From an uncultured bacterium (lineage in GTDB: Bacteria; Muiribacteriota; UBA6191): 64,000 nucleotides of DNA. The translations under genes were made by a program, and so were the position numbers. Below are positions 59,512 to 64,000 of the stretch, in pieces. The notes under the pieces are model-generated. The model made no database searches, was not told where the DNA came from, and saw nothing but the letters and a program-made list of their open reading frames with translations. Location of the stretch: the NCBI GenBank assembly GCA_964603885.1, contig CAZRWM010000001.1, forward strand, positions 729-64,728, in the 5' to 3' direction. Every line of letters begins with the position of its first letter. Within the stretch, counting starts at the first letter, position 1.

Positions 59512-60503
59512 AAATTGACCTTCTGTCCTGTTGCCAACGAACGGTCAGCAGCTTCCAAAATTTTTACGACCCACAAGCCTTGCTCACCTCCAGCAATTGG
59601 TTTTTTATACCCTTTGGCACAGTCTATAAAATGCTTAGCCTCATCGGCTAATGCTTCTCGATTCGGTAAAGCTGGAATATGAATATCTCCAATACGATAC
59701 TGTATTCGAGCTTGGTTCATATCTTCCTCGCTCTTCAAAATCTCTACACCCTTGTCATAGATTTTAATTTTCTCATTACTTTCCATATCATCGTAAACCA
59801 TCATTTTACGGTCACCAGCCAGAGTAATCCGTCTTACTTTTGTAGGTGAAAGCCAACTTAAGTGGAAATTAGCGAGATAATTTTCTTCGAAAAACACCGT
59901 AACATAAGCCATATCTGCCATGCCCTCTCGATAATGCTGCATACCATTTGCTTGTACCGCAATAGGCTTATATGGGACTAAATGTAACATGATAGAAAGA
60001 TCGTGTGGGGCGAGATCCCAAATTACATTTACGTCACTCTGATAAAGGCCCAAATTGACACGAACTGAATCAAAATATAGAGCCTTGCCAAGGTCTCCCC
60101 TATCTACAACTTCTTTCATTTTCTGTACTGCTGGATGAAAGAGAAATGTATGGTCAACCATCAGCTGGACATTATTTTCCGCCGCTAATTCAAGTAACTT
60201 CTCGCTTTCTTCAACAGTTGCGGTCATAGGTTTTTCCACAAGAACATCACAACCCGATTTAATCGCTTTACTAGCCAAGTCAAAATGCGTACTAACTGGA
60301 GTGGCAATAACAGCTAGATCCACTTTTTGAAGACATGTTTCTAGGTTTTTACTTATCTCTACAGAAGGAAATTCACGCTTAACCTTAAAGAGTTTTTTTT
60401 CTTCTATGTCAAAAACCATGACAGTTTCGATTTCTTCTAAAGCTAAAAAATTTCTGACCAACTTTGGTCCCCAGTAACCGACACCTACCACAACAAGTTT
60501 CAT
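59508..60503 (-). CDS. Gfo/Idh/MocA-family NAD(P)-dependent sugar oxidoreductase (WbpB-like)
   Basis: N-terminal Rossmann ([14 protein letters not shown]), GFM family C-terminal domain. Start overlaps the acetyltransferase gene. Confidence 0.85.
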   Translation of the reverse strand: MKLVVVGVGYWGPKLVRNFLALEEIETVMVFDIEEKKLFKVKREFPSVEISKNLETCLQKVDLAVIATPVSTHFDLASKAIKSGCDVLVEKPMTATVEESEKLLELAAENNVQLMVDHTFLFHPAVQKMKEVVDRGDLGKALYFDSVRVNLGLYQSDVNVIWDLAPHDLSIMLHLVPYKPIAVQANGMQHYREGMADMAYVTVFFEENYLANFHLSWLSPTKVRRITLAGDRKMMVYDDMESNEKIKIYDKGVEILKSEEDMNQARIQYRIGDIHIPALPNREALADEAKHFIDCAKGYKKPIAGGEQGLWVVKILEAADRSLATGQKVNL

Positions 60504-60610
60504 AAAATTTTCCTTGATCTACAATTTTAGTACTTATCGACCATTTTACTTACTGATTTGCAGTTAAACGAAGCCTTCAAGTAAACTGGCACTAATTTCA
60601 GGGAGTCAGT

Positions 60611-62122
60611 ATGTCCAAATTAAACTCATACGAAAACTATGTGACACAAAGTCGCGAGATGTCCACGTTAGGAAGTATTCTGTCTCATCTTGGATGGGAT
60701 CAGCAGGTGATGCTTCCAATTGAAGGGCAAGCCCACAGGCAAGAACAAATAGTTGCTTTATCAACGATTTTACACAAAAAAAGTACTGATCCGCAGTGGG
60801 GAGAGTTAATAAAAAACTTGGTAAAACAGGGAGAAGATAAATTTGACCCTCATCAATGGCGTAGTTTGAAAGAAAGCTTGAAGAATTTTGAAGAATCTAC
60901 AAAATTACCTGAAGAATTAGTCGTCGAAATGGCCAAATTATCCGCCGCAGGCCATTCTCTTTGGATAGAGTCAAAACAAAAAAATCACTATCCAACTTTT
61001 GCACCTATACTAAAAAAGTTTATTGAAATGCGGCGGCAGATTGCAGATATTCTGTACCCAGATATACATCCTTATGATGTCTGTATTGATCGATTCGAAC
61101 GAAATTTCAACCGCCATAAAATTGACCCTGTCTTCGAACAGCTTAGAAACGCTTTAGTACCTCTTGTAAAAAACCTCCAAACCAATGGAGATGCTCCGTC
61201 AAAATTTACAGAGGGAAACTACTGTATCAGTAGACAGCGGGAATTAAATCGTAAGATATCTGAGGCTATTGGCCTCGATTACTCCAAAGCTCGTTTAGAT
61301 GAAAGTGCTCACCCCTTCTCTGGCGGCGGACATTCTACAGACGTTAGAATAACCACTCGCTATGAAGAATGTAGTTTTTTCAGTTCTTTGAGCTCTACTA
61401 TCCATGAAACAGGTCATGGAATGTATGAGCAAGGACTTCCAATTGAAAAGCATGACGGTTTACCAGTTGGTGAATCTCTTGGCCTAGTAATTCACGAATC
61501 TCAATCCTTACTTATGGAACGAATGGTCTGTCAAGGAAGACCTTTCTGGAATGCATTTGGAGAAAGGATAAGAAGTAGCTTTCCGGAGCTATTAGGAGAA
61601 TTGAATAACGAAGAACTTTACAGGCGTAGTAACCATGTTTCCTTTGGTCTCATTAGAGTCGACGCAGACGAATTAACATATCCTCTGCATATTATTTTAA
61701 GATATGAGATAGAGAAAGCACTGTTTGATGATGAAATTCAAATTGACGAATTACCAGAAGCTTGGAATGCCAAATGTCATGAACTAATGGGTTTTATACC
61801 TCCAACGGACAGTCAGGGGATTTTACAAGATGCACATTGGTCAGATGGCTGTTTCGGATATTTTCCTATGTACACCCTAGGGGCTATGTACGCTGCGCAA
61901 TTTTACAAAGCTTGTTGTAAAGAAAATCCACTACTAGAAGCTGATATATCAAAAGGTAATTTTAATACACTCAAAAACTGGCTCAATCAGAAGATTCACA
62001 AAATGGGACGTCTTATGGATGCAGATGAATTACTGCTGCATGTTACAGGATCAGATTTAAACTGTGAGGCGTATTTGAATTACCTCGAAAATAAGTATAG
62101 TGATATATATAAATTGAAATAA
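60611..62122 (+). CDS. M32-family carboxypeptidase (Taq-type thermostable carboxypeptidase 1-like)
   Basis: HEXXH zinc motif HETGHGMYEQ, HESQS and IRVxADELTYPLHI blocks. 503 aa. Confidence 0.85.
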   Translation: MSKLNSYENYVTQSREMSTLGSILSHLGWDQQVMLPIEGQAHRQEQIVALSTILHKKSTDPQWGELIKNLVKQGEDKFDPHQWRSLKESLKNFEESTKLPEELVVEMAKLSAAGHSLWIESKQKNHYPTFAPILKKFIEMRRQIADILYPDIHPYDVCIDRFERNFNRHKIDPVFEQLRNALVPLVKNLQTNGDAPSKFTEGNYCISRQRELNRKISEAIGLDYSKARLDESAHPFSGGGHSTDVRITTRYEECSFFSSLSSTIHETGHGMYEQGLPIEKHDGLPVGESLGLVIHESQSLLMERMVCQGRPFWNAFGERIRSSFPELLGELNNEELYRRSNHVSFGLIRVDADELTYPLHIILRYEIEKALFDDEIQIDELPEAWNAKCHELMGFIPPTDSQGILQDAHWSDGCFGYFPMYTLGAMYAAQFYKACCKENPLLEADISKGNFNTLKNWLNQKIHKMGRLMDADELLLHVTGSDLNCEAYLNYLENKYSDIYKLK

Positions 62123-62156
62123 TTTGAATGACCAAATCATACTGTGTCCGGTCAAG

Positions 62157-63167
62157 CTAATAGCTTCGCTTCAATTCTGAAGTAGTCTTAAAGTGTAACT
62201 TGCAATATTCTCCAAGAGCTTCGATTCCCTTTAGAGCTATGAGTTTTTCAGCAATTTGCTTAGTGAGATTTCCAGCACCCCGTGGAAGTTCAAATCCAAG
62301 CTTTTCTTTTTGCGTATGATGCCAAGTAAGCAATCTGTCTCTAGCAATTATAGAGGCTGCTGCCACAGCAAGATTCTCCTCAGCTTTCGTTCTTTGCAAT
62401 AACCTAAAGTTATATTCCTTAATACTGTTATGACAGGCTGTCAACATAACTTTTTCATTCGCAAATTGATCGACTAGGGCCATTTTTAAGTCTAAATTCT
62501 CAGCCATTAAATTAGCTATGACCTTTGCATGCATCCAAGCTAACAATTCATTTAGACCTTTGCCTTGAGACTTAAAAGACTCGTATAATTGATTGTATTT
62601 GAAAGGATTAAGCTGTACAACGCTAATATGGTTTTTTCCAATGGCAAAAAGTTTTGAGGCCATTTTTTCAATACGAGAGTCAGTAAGTTTTTTACTGTCT
62701 TGGACACCAACCGAGGTCAAAATTTTTTCTTGACCTGGTTCGATAGCAACACCCACACAAACGATAGGACCGAAATAGTCTCCCTTACCAGACTCGTCCG
62801 ACCCCATGTAAGCAAAGTCATAGTGCCGAGAAAATAGTGTCGGATCGCTACCCACAGGAGATTGACCATTAAAAAGTAAGTCTAATTCTTCTTGCATTTG
62901 GAGCTTTGCTTCGGCATCCTTGCCCTGAACAACAAAAGAGAAGCCTCTCTTTCCATGATATAGATTTATCTGAACCCCTCCGCCCAGAATTGAAAACCGT
63001 ATGCCATAAGGGATCTCTTTGAAATTGAAATCAAGACCATTGTCATCAAAATATTCAGTTAAACTATCAAACTTGTTCTTCAATTCAAAATGCATCAATG
63101 CTCGCTTCCAAAGTTTTAAGATACGCCTTAAATCAACAGATACAATTTGGTATAATTGAACCACCAA
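62157..63167 (-). CDS. rnhC: ribonuclease HIII
   Basis: RNase HII/HIII catalytic DESGKG motif (GSDESGKGDYFGPI) preceded by a ~100-aa N-terminal TBP-like domain. 336 aa. Confidence 0.8.
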   Translation of the reverse strand: MVVQLYQIVSVDLRRILKLWKRALMHFELKNKFDSLTEYFDDNGLDFNFKEIPYGIRFSILGGGVQINLYHGKRGFSFVVQGKDAEAKLQMQEELDLLFNGQSPVGSDPTLFSRHYDFAYMGSDESGKGDYFGPIVCVGVAIEPGQEKILTSVGVQDSKKLTDSRIEKMASKLFAIGKNHISVVQLNPFKYNQLYESFKSQGKGLNELLAWMHAKVIANLMAENLDLKMALVDQFANEKVMLTACHNSIKEYNFRLLQRTKAEENLAVAAASIIARDRLLTWHHTQKEKLGFELPRGAGNLTKQIAEKLIALKGIEALGEYCKLHFKTTSELKRSY

Positions 63168-63328
63168 TCTATGAGCATAATAAACTATGATCGACTAAAT
63201 CAATTAGTGTCCGGCGTTTATCCTATCACATTGAGAGAAATCGTCCACACCGACACATCTGCAGCGCTTATCTCTGCTGCAGACTACTTTAGCTACGGCG
63301 GTGGTGCAGATCGCTCTAAGCGACAATT

Positions 63329-64000
63329 AATGATTCGCAAGGGGACCAACTTAAAGAAAATCAAAAGAGCCTTGAAGCGGATTATCGAAGGTGAGTCGCT
63401 TGGAAGTGATGGAGATCGAGCGCCATCTAAACTGGGTGACTCGGACGGTAATACGGTAACGTCACTTGAGATAGTCGTTGATGAGCATAGTATGCTCTAC
63501 TTCATTGAAACGCTCGACCCTACCTTTGATGAACTCGAAAAATTCGTCAAATACCATGATCTTAAAGCTAGGCTCCAACATGAGGGGCTAAAATACTTTT
63601 CAAAAGCAATGTCGTTTGCTCGCAGAATGTACAAAAAAAGAGAAGCTACTTTTTATTTCTTTGAGCTTCGAGATCAGAACAAATTCGGCTTATTCCAAAA
63701 TTGTATAGTTTCTATTTTTTCAATGATATTAGCTCTGAATTTTGGTATGCCCGAAGAAGAAGTAAAACAGATAGGGATGGCTGGCCTTTTTCATGATGCT
63801 GGTGATGAAGACCATTTATCTGCCAAAGAGGCAACAAGGGATACTGTAGTAGAAAGAAAAATAGACGCGGGGACTTTTGTTCTACAGAAATTAGATTTAG
63901 ATCCAAAAGTGATTGATATAGTAAGGCATCAGCATGACAATTTGGTCGAGGAAAAAGAACATTTGCACAGTGCTATCCTGCAAACTGTGGTAGCGCTTGT
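63329..64000 (+). CDS. HD-domain phosphohydrolase (possibly HD-GYP-like), 3'-truncated at window end
   Basis: Frame open from 63191 to the window end; first ATG at 63329. HD motif in GLFHDAGD. Not in the ORF track because it runs off the window. Confidence 0.45.

Noticed and set aside
1-64000. CRISPR arrays, tRNA/rRNA genes, IS elements/transposases/integrases, prophage genes
   Set aside because: Reading both strands I found no direct-repeat/spacer periodicity, no cloverleaf-like tRNA sequence in any intergenic gap (all gaps under 430 bp were inspected), and no transposase, integrase or phage structural signatures among the ORFs.

Overview
Low-GC, gene-dense bacterial chromosomal window with about 55 protein-coding genes and about 90% coding. 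I found no rRNA, tRNA, CRISPR array or recognisable IS or transposase. Gram-negative-type signals (MurJ, a C-terminal-Phe beta-barrel OMP, WbpB/D/E-like sugar genes), RNase HIII and multiple HAMP class III adenylate cyclases make it look spirochaete-, Bdellovibrio- or Chlamydia-like, but I do not assign a taxon. Layout from left to right: (i) A long plus-strand operon with overlapping starts and stops: GshA-like glutamate-cysteine ligase, der, plsY, gpsA, an NHL/TPR membrane protein, murJ and rel. (ii) A minus-strand block: a TPR/Zn-ribbon SAM methyltransferase, a membrane-anchored SGNH hydrolase, an M20 amidohydrolase and an ATP-grasp ligase with a clear intrinsic terminator. (iii) A three-gene minus-strand operon centred on a spore-photoproduct-lyase (SplB)-family radical SAM enzyme, flanked by an unknown protein and a ClpP-fold protein. 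(iv) An OMP, a DUF364-like protein, a NUDIX hydrolase, ornithine aminotransferase, an FAD-linked oxidase and an MBL hydrolase. (v) A thioredoxin-like 2Fe-2S ferredoxin followed by two tandem, start-overlapping, large HAMP class III adenylate cyclases. (vi) An eight-gene minus-strand operon that I consider the most novel element. It pairs tryptophan 2,3-dioxygenase (kynA) and kynurenine formamidase (kynB) with amn-type LigB extradiol dioxygenase alpha and beta subunits. The alpha subunit is fused to a RidA/AmnD-like deaminase through an 18-bp tandem-repeat linker. The operon also holds an aldehyde dehydrogenase, an asparaginase-II-family protein, an LLM flavin monooxygenase and an SDR. It lacks kynureninase and KMO, so it is a candidate undescribed kynurenine degradation route. 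(vii) fdhD, a small ORF and a YdeP-like molybdoenzyme. (viii) An AT-rich 418-bp spacer and two lineage-specific secreted proteins. (ix) cobB, a 5-oxoprolinase HyuA/HyuB fusion and a membrane protein. (x) prkA, yeaH and spoVR. (xi) A GT1 glycosyltransferase and WbpE/WbpD/WbpB-like sugar-modification genes. (xii) M32 carboxypeptidase, RNase HIII and a 3'-truncated HD-domain protein.
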